From PS1 clade bacterium (GTDB taxonomy: Bacteria > Pseudomonadota > Alphaproteobacteria > RS24): DNA of 64,000 nt. The notes beneath the pieces are model-generated. The model worked only from the letters and a program-made list of their open reading frames with translations, searched no databases and was not told where the DNA came from. A program made the position numbers and the translations under genes. Below are positions 19,852 to 28,600 of this stretch, one piece after another (position 1 is the first letter of the stretch; every line of letters starts with the position of its first letter). Location: contig QOQK01000003.1 of the NCBI GenBank assembly GCA_003331985.1, positions 808 to 64,807 on the forward strand, written 5' to 3'.

Positions 19852-21039
19852 TTAATAATTAATCTCGATCTCAATGCGTCTGTTCTTTCGACGCCCTTGA
19901 GCTGTATCGTTCGAGTCTAATGGACGCTCCTCACCAAAGCTCATCGCTTGCAGGCGATTACCATCAATCTTGCCTGAACTTTGTAGCTCCTGCACGACAC
20001 TGGAGGCGCGTGCAGCGGCTAGATCCCAGTTATCTCTATATTGCGAGCCGAATACAAGCGGCATGTTATCCGTATGCCCGGAGACGTTAATGCGGCTTGT
20101 GCCTTCTTGATTTACCTCAGCAATCTGGTTCATGATTTCTCTGGCCTTACTCGTCAGACTTGCAGAACCGGACGCAAAAGCACCACCTGACCCAACCGTG
20201 ACGACGACACGATCATCCTCGCGATCAACAGTGACGAGCCCCTGACCGATTTCCTGCTTCAGGGCGACCTTCAGCGTATCTTCTGCAATTTCGGCGCGTT
20301 TGTTTTGTTGCTCAGATGACCCTTGCCCGGCATCTTGTTTATTTTGTTGTTTCTGCATGGCTTCCATTGAGTCAGCCAGCTTAGAGAGCTGTTGCTCCAG
20401 ACCGCCAAATACAACATCTGTTTCGGACTTGCCGGCAGCTGATTGAACTTTTTCAATCGCATCGAGGGTCTGGCTTAATAATTTAGGCAGGTCTTGTTCC
20501 TGCGACTCTTTAGGTGTGAAATTGACGACGACTTTTTCACCGAGGGTTTCAACTTCGATTTCCCCTCTGGCAATTGCATCCTCGAGCGCCTTCACTATAT
20601 CTTCTGCGCTTTGATTTTCAGATGACTCCTCGGCATCGTCACTTTTAGATTGCTCTGAAAAGTCATCATCCTTGGTCTTATTTTGTTGCTCAAGCTTAGG
20701 TTGATTAATTTGCGTCGTCTGCTGGGTCATATTGTTGGTGACAGACGGAGACGGGGAGGGGCTAAAATTCAAAGATAGAATAGTTGTCCCCATGGGCGGT
20801 TCAACAACAGGTGTAATGCGTTGAACACCGAATGCATTTTTCATTGAACCGGAGATTTGTTTAAATTTAGGGACGTTAAATTCTGCGAATGACAGAATAA
20901 GAACAAAAAACGCCATAAGCAGTGTTGCCATATCGGCAAATGTTGACATCCATGCAGGTGCACCGACGGGAGGACATTTGGGACATTCCTCTTCTTCGGT
21001 TTCTTCAACCTGTTCTTCTTCCTGTTCTTTAGCGACCAT
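19852..21039 (-). CDS. motB: Stator B subunit, MotB/PomB-like
   Basis: CPKCPPVGAPAWMSTFADMATLLMAFFVL and an OmpA-like domain (GHTDN, NWDLAAARA, NRRIEI). Confidence 0.95.
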   Translation of the reverse strand: MVAKEQEEEQVEETEEEECPKCPPVGAPAWMSTFADMATLLMAFFVLILSFAEFNVPKFKQISGSMKNAFGVQRITPVVEPPMGTTILSLNFSPSPSPSVTNNMTQQTTQINQPKLEQQNKTKDDDFSEQSKSDDAEESSENQSAEDIVKALEDAIARGEIEVETLGEKVVVNFTPKESQEQDLPKLLSQTLDAIEKVQSAAGKSETDVVFGGLEQQLSKLADSMEAMQKQQNKQDAGQGSSEQQNKRAEIAEDTLKVALKQEIGQGLVTVDREDDRVVVTVGSGGAFASGSASLTSKAREIMNQIAEVNQEGTSRINVSGHTDNMPLVFGSQYRDNWDLAAARASSVVQELQSSGKIDGNRLQAMSFGEERPLDSNDTAQGRRKNRRIEIEINY

Positions 21040-21074
21040 AACTTAACCTGCCTTTTTCAAATCTGTTTTAGAAA

Positions 21075-21836
21075 CTAAGCAGCTTCAAGTTGCTCTTGGA
21101 GTTTCGGTGGTAGATTTGCCAGCATTTGATCCTGAATATTTCTTGGGGACTCACCGCGGGAGATATATTTCAAGCCAAGAAGAACCATTTCACGATAAAC
21201 GGTTTCATAGGTTGTGTATCCTTCTAGCTTGGTCAGCATCGGTAAGAAGATAATATTGGCGATAATCGCGCCATACATGGTTGTCAAAAGAGCAACCGCC
21301 ATGGCTGGGCCAATCGCTTTTGGATCCGCCATGTTACCCAGCATAAGCACCAGGCCGATAAGTGTCCCGATCATGCCCATTGCTGGGCCGATATCAATCC
21401 ATGCCTTAACAACATCCTGATTAGACTGGTGTCGCATTTTCATGGATTTGATTTCCTGATTAAGCTGCTGTGTCAGCTTGGTCTCATCCGCACCATCTAC
21501 GAGCATTTGAAGACCTTTTTCAAAAAACTTATCAGGCACTTCCTGACCTTCGAGTGCCATCATGCCATCTTTACGTGCGATGGAGGCCAATTCAATCATG
21601 CGCGTAATTACATCTTCCTGTTTTTTCACGGGTGGCATAAAGGCTTTTGCCATCGCGCCGAAACTACCGAGGAAAGTCGGCAGGGGCGTTGTGTACATAA
21701 CGGAAAAAAATGTGCCGCCAAAAACGATAAGAATTGAGGGAATGTCAATAAATGGTCCGACGCCGCCGCCGGAGATCATTGCACCAATAATCATGCCTAC
21801 GGCACCCAAGAAACCAATTAACGAGGCGATATCCAT
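21075..21836 (-). CDS. motA: Stator A subunit, MotA/PomA-like
   Basis: 253 aa; ARKDGMMALE, PAMGMIGTLIGLV and GPAMAVALLTTMYGA. Confidence 0.96.
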   Translation of the reverse strand: MDIASLIGFLGAVGMIIGAMISGGGVGPFIDIPSILIVFGGTFFSVMYTTPLPTFLGSFGAMAKAFMPPVKKQEDVITRMIELASIARKDGMMALEGQEVPDKFFEKGLQMLVDGADETKLTQQLNQEIKSMKMRHQSNQDVVKAWIDIGPAMGMIGTLIGLVLMLGNMADPKAIGPAMAVALLTTMYGAIIANIIFLPMLTKLEGYTTYETVYREMVLLGLKYISRGESPRNIQDQMLANLPPKLQEQLEAA

Positions 21837-21872
21837 GGAACTGTCCTGTACAAAAAAAACTCAACTGATAAA

Positions 21873-21888
21873 TGCAAATTCAATACCA
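21873..21888 (-). promoter_or_regulatory. Sigma54 promoter of motAB
   Basis: Minus strand TGGTATTGAATTTGCA. Confidence 0.8.
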
Positions 21889-22006
21889 ATCTAAACAGAT
21901 TTACGAAATATTTGTTACCTGAAGTTTAATTTTTATCTCATTTTTTTTGTGATTTAACATATAATCATCATCGAGTTGATTACTTTATGGCGTGACAGGT
22001 AAGTAA

Positions 22007-22549
22007 GTGATGATGCAAATGGTTCGGTTAGATAAGCTTTTCTGCGTTTTTAAACAAAAACGGATTCATCCTCTTATTTGTTTTTTATCTGTTCTGAGCT
22101 TTTTCCCCTTATCGGATGCTTATGCTGAAGATGATGCATCAAAATTTATGATACGCGGTCAGATGGTCATAGATCTGGAGTTTGGAGTTGAATGGTTACG
22201 TTGCAGTATAGGCCAGCGCTGGAATGGAGAGAATTGTGTAGGGAAAATCCTACAAATTTCAATAGAGACAGCGGATCAAGCTATTACTCAGGCGAATGAC
22301 CAACTTGGGCCGGGTTGGCGTTTGCCGACCAAAGAAGAACTCTCTGCTCTGGTTTGTGAAACTTGCCTGGGGTTGAAAATTAATGAAGAAATTTTTCCGG
22401 ACACATTCGGAGGTCCTTACTGGACATCTGATTCAAACCGCTTTGCTCGCCGCCATCAATGGACAGTGAATTTTTTCACCGGTCACAGCTATGGACGGTT
22501 TTTTCCAACACAGGAAATGGCTGTCAGATTGGTTCGTGACCGCATTTAA
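22007..22549 (+). CDS. Secreted DUF1566 (Lcl C-terminal) domain protein
   Basis: Signal peptide ending AYA; WLRCSIGQ, GWRLPTKEEL, YWTS and AVRLVR. Confidence 0.85.
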   Translation: MMMQMVRLDKLFCVFKQKRIHPLICFLSVLSFFPLSDAYAEDDASKFMIRGQMVIDLEFGVEWLRCSIGQRWNGENCVGKILQISIETADQAITQANDQLGPGWRLPTKEELSALVCETCLGLKINEEIFPDTFGGPYWTSDSNRFARRHQWTVNFFTGHSYGRFFPTQEMAVRLVRDRI

Positions 22550-22552
22550 GAA

Positions 22553-22789
22553 TTAGCTTTTGAGGTTTTCTTCATCCTCGGGGAAAAACCGCCAAAGAAC
22601 TAACTTGCCGATAAAACCAAGTATGCCGCCAATCACGATAATGGCTGCGACTAGTTCCGGCGTGACATGGCGTAGATAGACAAGCTTATCGCCACCAAGC
22701 AGGCCAATCAGGGCAAGCATTACAACACCCAAGATAAAAAACCTGATAACAAAACACCTACGACAGGGCTGTTTTTCCGGTTCACTCAT
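22553..22789 (-). CDS. Sigma54-driven small membrane protein (CxxC plus 2 TM)
   Basis: 78 aa with CRRC and two TM segments; GAGAG SD; own sigma54 promoter. Confidence 0.7.
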   Translation of the reverse strand: MSEPEKQPCRRCFVIRFFILGVVMLALIGLLGGDKLVYLRHVTPELVAAIIVIGGILGFIGKLVLWRFFPEDEENLKS

Positions 22790-22830
22790 AAAAATCTCTC
22801 ACATATTTCAAATTTAAACTACCTCTAATA

Positions 22831-22846
22831 TGCAAACAAAGTGCCA
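22831..22846 (-). promoter_or_regulatory. Sigma54 promoter for the ORF at 22553-22789
   Basis: Minus strand TGGCACTTTGTTTGCA. Confidence 0.85.
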
Positions 22847-22877
22847 GACGTAAAAGAGTTAAATGACCAAAATGTCT

Positions 22878-22964
22878 GTCTGGATTTTGACATAGCAAAT
22901 TCTCATAATGTCAGAAAAAGGTTAAGACATTGTAAATATTGAATTTTTATGTCGGATTACTGAC
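22878..22964. promoter_or_regulatory. Putative FleQ boxes between the small ORF and rpoN
   Basis: GTC-TGGATTTT-GAC at 22878-22891, GTC-GGATTACT-GAC at 22951-22964, and a half-site GTCAGAAAA at 22910. Confidence 0.6.
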
Positions 22965-23064
22965 ACAAGCCCCCGTCAAATTGTTTTTTTGCATTCATTA
23001 GTGAAGCTGTGAAATTTAGCCACATACACCGCGTTTAGTAGCGTTTAGTTGATTGGGGAAAGTT

Positions 23065-24594
23065 ATGCAGTTATCACAGTCTTTGAGGCTTAAGCAAAAG
23101 CAGTCAATGGTAATGACACCGCGTTTGCAACAGGCCATCCGTATGTTGCAAATGAATAATCTTGATTTGCAGACTTATCTTGAAACCGAAGCTCTGGAAA
23201 ATCCTTTTATGGAAGTCCAGCAGGCTGATACCGATAATGAGAGATTGCTATCTATTTCTGAGGGCTCAGAAGTTGAAGCCCTTAACGGCGCAGCTGCAGA
23301 TACGGGTCTGGACAGAGCTATGCAGGACGGTACGGCTATGGTGGAAGACAAAAAACCAGCTACTGCAGAAAATGTTCAGGAAACAAATCAGTATGAAAGC
23401 GCAGAGTTTGATTTTGAGGCTCGCCTTAATTCTCAAATGAGCACCGTGTCTCAGGCGGCTGAAAATGACTGGGACATGATTTCGACACGCATTTCCGAGC
23501 GCGCGATTTCACTTATGGCGCATGTTGAAAAGCAAATTGAACTTTCTCAAATGTCCGAGACACAAAAAATAATGGCTTATGTGTTGGCCAGCCATCTTGA
23601 GCCAAGCGGATGGCTTGGTAAGTCCCTTGAGGATATTGCAGAAGAAAAGGGTCTTGATATTGAAGATTTAACGCCGATTTTGCAGAATCTTCAGTCACTT
23701 GAGCCAACAGGTCTTTTTGCTCGCGACCTGAAGGAATGTTTGCGATTACAGGCTCTTGAGCAGCAAACTATCACCCCGCAATTTGAAGTATTTCTAAATC
23801 ACCTTGAATTACTGGCACTTGGAAAACTGGATGTCTTACAACGTAAATGTAAATGTTCAGAAGCTGATTTACGCGACATGCTCGACACTGTGCGCAGTTT
23901 TGATCCAAAACCGGGTATGAAATTTGATGACAGTAATGAAATTATTCACGCCCCGGATTTGGTTGTGTTCAAAAAAGAGGGCAATTGGGTTGTGGATCTC
24001 AATCGATCAACCTTGCCAGGCATTGTTATTGACGAAAAATATGCCGAAGAACTTGACCGCAAAATCAAAGAGAAAGAAGCGCGTGAATTTAGTGCTAATG
24101 CCCTTTCTTCTGCACGCTGGCTAAAGCGGGCAATGGAACAGCGAAATAATACAACGCTTATTATCAGTGCCGAGATTATCAAACAGCAAACTACTTTTTT
24201 GGATAAGGGCCCAACGCATCTAAAACCTCTGCTTCTCAGGGATGTTGCAAAGGCAGTCAGCATGCACGAAAGCACTGTGAGCCGTGTCACATCGGGGATT
24301 ATGATTGAAACTCCTATTGGGTGCTTTCCGCTGAAATCATTTTTCAGTGTTTCTCTTAACAGTCAGTCAGACTCTACCGAAAATGCGTCAGCGGCTGCTG
24401 TGAGAAATAAAATTCAGGAATTGGTTAATCGGGAGTCACCATCTGACCCGCTAAGTGATGATGCTATAGCTGAGATTATCAGTAAGCAGGGAATTACTTT
24501 GGCGCGTCGCACCGTTGCAAAATACCGTCAACTTTTGAAAATTCCGTCATCTACAGAACGTAGACGACGCGCAAAAATTTCAAATCTTGGTTGA
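23065..24594 (+). CDS. rpoN: RNA polymerase sigma54 factor embedded in the flagellar cluster
   Basis: MTPRLQQAIRMLQM, ENPFME, MHESTVSRV and the RpoN box ARRTVAKYR. Confidence 0.97.
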   Translation: MQLSQSLRLKQKQSMVMTPRLQQAIRMLQMNNLDLQTYLETEALENPFMEVQQADTDNERLLSISEGSEVEALNGAAADTGLDRAMQDGTAMVEDKKPATAENVQETNQYESAEFDFEARLNSQMSTVSQAAENDWDMISTRISERAISLMAHVEKQIELSQMSETQKIMAYVLASHLEPSGWLGKSLEDIAEEKGLDIEDLTPILQNLQSLEPTGLFARDLKECLRLQALEQQTITPQFEVFLNHLELLALGKLDVLQRKCKCSEADLRDMLDTVRSFDPKPGMKFDDSNEIIHAPDLVVFKKEGNWVVDLNRSTLPGIVIDEKYAEELDRKIKEKEAREFSANALSSARWLKRAMEQRNNTTLIISAEIIKQQTTFLDKGPTHLKPLLLRDVAKAVSMHESTVSRVTSGIMIETPIGCFPLKSFFSVSLNSQSDSTENASAAAVRNKIQELVNRESPSDPLSDDAIAEIISKQGITLARRTVAKYRQLLKIPSSTERRRRAKISNLG

Positions 24595-24712
24595 TTTACT
24601 TATTTAAAAAAACTCAAAGACAGGGCAGGTTCAATCCGCATCATTGAGGACCGCTATTTGGCTGCTTAACGGGGAAGCATTTTTGTCGCTTTCCACGCTT
24701 TGTCAGGCGTAC

Positions 24713-24889
24713 TTATTTGCTTGGATTAGAGAGCTCTTCCGCCATTGGGAAGTCGGCAATAATTTCACCATCACTACTTTTAAACGGAACGAGCATGCTG
24801 CCTTCCGCCTCATCAGTGTCATTATAATATGTGACCTGCAGAACAAACTTATCTGTAAAAGCTGTTTCGGTTTTTAGTTTCGTATCCAT
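24713..24889 (-). CDS. Sigma54-driven 58-aa acidic hypothetical protein
   Basis: Strong SD GGAGG 7 nt before the ATG at 24889; sigma54 promoter just upstream. Confidence 0.6.
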   Translation of the reverse strand: MDTKLKTETAFTDKFVLQVTYYNDTDEAEGSMLVPFKSSDGEIIADFPMAEELSNPSK

Positions 24890-24922
24890 GGTTTTTCCTC
24901 CAAGCAATAACTGCTTGGAATG

Positions 24923-24938
24923 TGCATTTTTTATGCCA
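24923..24938 (-). promoter_or_regulatory. Sigma54 promoter for the 58-aa ORF
   Basis: Minus strand TGGCATAAAAAATGCA (GG-N10-GC). Confidence 0.7.
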
Positions 24939-24948
24939 AATGGAAGTA

Positions 24949-25770
24949 TTAAGTGCTGGCAATAAAGTAGGGATTATCAAGCCCTCTTTTGCGCTTTCCG
25001 TAGCCTAAAATAGAGCCGTCAATATTGTGAACTACACCGCCGGCGGCACATAAAAGTGCATGCGCTGCAGCCGTATCCCATTCCATTGTGCGCCCATGGC
25101 GGGGGTAAATATCTGCCTCACCGGTTGCTAGTAAGCAAAACTTCAACGATGATCCTGCAGATACGATTTCCTTGACCTTAAGTTCTTTCAAAAAAGCTTC
25201 GGTTTCCGGTGATAAATGTGAGCGGCTGGCAACAACTACAAGCCCGTCATCCGGCGTCGGACGAACACGAATTTCTTTGGCATTCGACAATTTGGAATGA
25301 AGTGTGTTCTCGTGATTGATCATCTTGTCATCAGGGGCGATGTCCGTTTCATATGCCTTGCCGTCCAGTGTAAAAAACAGTCGGTTCAAGGCCGGAGCAT
25401 AGACAATGCCGCAAATAGGTGCGGTCTTGTCAATAAAACCGATATTTACAGTGAAATCCGTGCGTTTATTGATGAACTCTTTGGTGCCATCGAGGGGATC
25501 AAGTAAAAAGAATTTATCTTCAATCGTATCGGGTAAGCCGTTTTCAGAATTCTCTTCACCAATGATTTGGATTTTAGAAAACCGCGATTCGATACCCTGT
25601 ATGATAATTTCTTCTCCCTCGCGGTCAGCAATGGTGACAGGCGTGTCGTTATCTTTTGTTTCCACCTCAATATCTTGATGGAAATAGACCATTGCATTTT
25701 TGCCGGCTTTTAGAGCCAGGGAACACAAGAAATAAATGTGGTCAGGGTTGGATGGGTCAAATTCAGACAT
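24949..25770 (-). CDS. cysQ: 3'(2'),5'-bisphosphate nucleotidase CysQ
   Basis: LDPLDGTKEF, SRSH, GSSLKFC, YPR and EWDTAA. Confidence 0.93.
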   Translation of the reverse strand: MSEFDPSNPDHIYFLCSLALKAGKNAMVYFHQDIEVETKDNDTPVTIADREGEEIIIQGIESRFSKIQIIGEENSENGLPDTIEDKFFLLDPLDGTKEFINKRTDFTVNIGFIDKTAPICGIVYAPALNRLFFTLDGKAYETDIAPDDKMINHENTLHSKLSNAKEIRVRPTPDDGLVVVASRSHLSPETEAFLKELKVKEIVSAGSSLKFCLLATGEADIYPRHGRTMEWDTAAAHALLCAAGGVVHNIDGSILGYGKRKRGLDNPYFIAST

Positions 25771-25851
25771 GAATGTGCCTAACATATTTTTTACACGTCA
25801 CAAAGAGCTACAAAATATAGATAAATGTGAGGCTCTTAAACGGCCTCTTTT

Positions 25852-26531
25852 TTAAGCTTCATAATCTCTGAGAGCATAACCCCGACCCCAGACCGTTTCG
25901 ATGCGGTGACGGCCTTTATTATACTCTGCAAGTTTTTTACGAAGTGTGCAAATAAACACATCAATAATCTTGATTTCCGGCTCATCATTGCTGCCATAAA
26001 GATGGTTCATCAATGTGGATTTCTCAACGGGTCTACCCTGACTCATGGCAAGCAGTTCTAGGATTTCAAATTCTTTGCGCGTCAATGTGACAGGCTTATT
26101 CTCCACAAGTAATTGCTTGTTACGAATATCAATTTGCAGATCGCCGATTTGAACAACATGGCTGTTTAGGCCTTTTCTCCGTCGCAATAATGCAAGTAAC
26201 CGCGCCAGTAATTCATCCCGGTGGAACGGCTTAATCATAAAATCATCAGCTCCAAGGTCGAGAGCGGTGAGTTTATCTTTTAACTGAGTGCGGGCTGACA
26301 GCACCAATATCGGCACATTATTGGAGGTGTTTCGCAATGCTTTTTAATGTCGTTTCCACTCATATCCGGTAAGCCCATATCCAGAATGATGACATTATGG
26401 CTTTCCATTTCCGCGAGGCTTAATCCTTCCTCGCCTGTTAGGGCGTGATTGACTTCATGTCCGGCTTCTTCAATAATTTCTTGGATGCGTTCGGCTAAAA
26501 GTGCATCATCCTCTATAATTAAAATACGCAT
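25852..26531 (-). pseudogene. ctrA: CtrA-like OmpR-family response regulator split by a 1-nt frameshift near 26341-26345
   Basis: The receiver N-terminus (MRILIIEDD...ILDMGLPDMSG) is in one frame; the remainder (KPFHRDEL, HLYGSNDEPEIKIIDVFIC.LRKKL, IETVWGRGY) is in another. The 680-nt span is one base short of 227 codons; the gene is adjacent to mnmA. Confidence 0.75.
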
Positions 26532-26717
26532 AATTTGTCCTGCTATTGACGTTAATTTCTAACAAGACTATTTGATGCGATATGTCATTCACCTGCAAAA
26601 CAAGATATTGTGAGTTTATGTGAACACCTTGAGGCTTCTGTGATTTGCTGGATTGAGGCCATATAATGGCTTAAGAAAACGAGCTAGAAAGTAATTTGAG
26701 AAGACTTATTTAATAAT

Positions 26718-27905
26718 ATGTCTACAACCCTAGGAAAATTAGAAATGTCAGGCTTGGCGGATTTACCGGATATTGAATTAGGGCTTTCCTCTGGTGGTGC
26801 ATCCAAAGAAGCGCGGGCCAATCAGCGCGTTGTTGTCGCCATGTCCGGCGGCGTTGATAGCTCGGTGGCGGCGGCGCTTGTGAAGCGCGCCGGTTATGAC
26901 ACAATCGGTATAACACTCCAGCTTTATGATCACGGTGAGGCGGTGAAACGTAAAGGCGCATGTTGTGCGGGCCAAGATATTCATGATGCGCGCAATGTCG
27001 CCGCTTCTTTAGATATGCCTCATTATGTTCTAGATTATGAAAGTCTGTTTCGTGAAAGTGTGATTGATAATTTTGCCGATACGTACCTTGCAGGTCACAC
27101 CCCTATTCCCTGCGTCAGATGTAATGAGACAGTGAAGTTTAAGGACTTGCTTACCACAGCGAAGGATTTGGGTGCGATGGCCTTGGTCACGGGACACTAT
27201 ATTGAGACAAGATACGCAGATGGAAAATGGGAAATGCGTCGCCCGGTAGATGAAACACGTGACCAATCTTATTTTCTTTTTTCAACGACACCTGAGCAAT
27301 TATCTTTTTTAAGGTTTCCGCTGGCGCATCTTACCAAAGATGAAATCAGAGAATTTGCTGCAAAACTAGGTTTGCCTGTGGCTGATAAGCCTGACAGTCA
27401 AGATATTTGTTTTGTGCCGAATGGGGATTATGCCTCTGTTATTGAACGCCTTCGACCTGATTGCAGTTTGCCGGGCGAGATAGTCGATATGGAAGGCAAT
27501 GTCTTGGGGCAACACCAGGGCGTATTGCATTACACAGTTGGCCAACGTAGAGGGCTGGGTGTGTCGATGGGGGAACCACTATATGTGGTTCGCATTGATG
27601 CTGACACAAGACAGGTCATTGTTGGGCCAAGAGCCGCTTTGGCGCGGCGGACAATTCTGCTTGATGAGGTCAATTGGTTAGGCGGTGAGGCAGTGTCTGA
27701 ACCTCTGAGTGTTAAGGTCAAAATCAGATCCACCGGATCACCGGTTAACGCCAATCTTACCTTACTCGAAGGCCAGCACGCCGAAGTGGCTCTAGACGAA
27801 CCGGAAGAGGGCGTCTCTCCCGGTCAGGCATGTGTTTTTTATGGCCTTGAGGATGGGGCTGCTGCTCGTGTTCTGGGCGGTGGATGGATTACATCTGCTC
27901 GATAA
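26718..27905 (+). CDS. mnmA: tRNA 2-thiouridylase MnmA
   Basis: [32 protein letters not shown] and PGQACVFY. Confidence 0.97.
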   Translation: MSTTLGKLEMSGLADLPDIELGLSSGGASKEARANQRVVVAMSGGVDSSVAAALVKRAGYDTIGITLQLYDHGEAVKRKGACCAGQDIHDARNVAASLDMPHYVLDYESLFRESVIDNFADTYLAGHTPIPCVRCNETVKFKDLLTTAKDLGAMALVTGHYIETRYADGKWEMRRPVDETRDQSYFLFSTTPEQLSFLRFPLAHLTKDEIREFAAKLGLPVADKPDSQDICFVPNGDYASVIERLRPDCSLPGEIVDMEGNVLGQHQGVLHYTVGQRRGLGVSMGEPLYVVRIDADTRQVIVGPRAALARRTILLDEVNWLGGEAVSEPLSVKVKIRSTGSPVNANLTLLEGQHAEVALDEPEEGVSPGQACVFYGLEDGAAARVLGGGWITSAR

Positions 27906-28074
27906 CCCCTTGGAAAGGCGTTAACTCCTTTTCCGTGTGATACACCCACTTTTAAATGAAAATTTTTCATTCCGGTTTTGAGTTACTGGAAAAGGGATAA
28001 ATAACTCTCCAAACTGCGCCAAACTGCGATTGCAAGGCAAGTATATTTGGTTTATATCTCCAAATTCTTGAGAG

Positions 28075-28151
28075 GGCGGAGTAGCTCAGCTGGTTAGAGC
28101 AGCGGAATCATAATCCGCGTGTCGGGAGTTCAAGTCTCTCCTCCGCTACCA
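28075..28151 (+). tRNA. tRNA-Met(CAT), elongator type
   Basis: GGCGGAG/CTCCGCT acceptor stem, D-arm TAGCTCAGCTGGTTAGAGC, anticodon arm GCGGA-ATCATAA-TCCGC, GTTCAAGT T-loop and encoded CCA. Confidence 0.93.
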
Positions 28152-28600
28152 CTTTTCTTCATTATCATTTGGTTATGTTGGCTAAATTTTTTAGCTCTCA
28201 TAGAAAATACTTCTAAAATCAGCGACGAATAATAGACTAATCATGTTGGCTTCTACTTGAAGCACTATCAAACCAGTTGCTGAAGGTTGCGAAATGTGGC
28301 AAACGCATCCTAGCATTTCGGCAAAGTCGCTTTTAGTGATAATTCCAATGATAAGTTTTAGCGACTCCTTTAGAAAGAATCTCATGCCAGATTTTCAAGC
28401 TCGACTAGACCGTCTAAGGTTTGTAGCTTTCGTCAAAACTTCCAATCATCCTATAATGACTTTAACTCAGACTGGGAAAGACCTATGCCGAGATTTTTTC
28501 AGATTATTGTCTAAATCAGGTCAGCTTATTGTCGATATTGATATCGACACAAATCATAGTACCGCAGCCAATTACAGCGTGCAAACAGGACGGTTATAAA

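Noticed and set aside
23031-23050. Direct repeat GCGTTTAGT x2 upstream of rpoN (and AAACTGCG x2 near 28011)
   Set aside because: Only two copies, not seen elsewhere in the window; no function can be supported.
28075-28151. Initiator tRNA-fMet or tRNA-Ile2 assignment
   Set aside because: No C1:A72 mismatch and no three consecutive G:C anticodon-stem pairs, so not initiator; the sequence fits elongator Met better, though Ile2 was not formally excluded by a model.
28191-28599. ORFs 28191-28385(-) and 28294-28599(+) as intact genes
   Set aside because: No SD or recognisable domain and mutually overlapping; at most a remnant.
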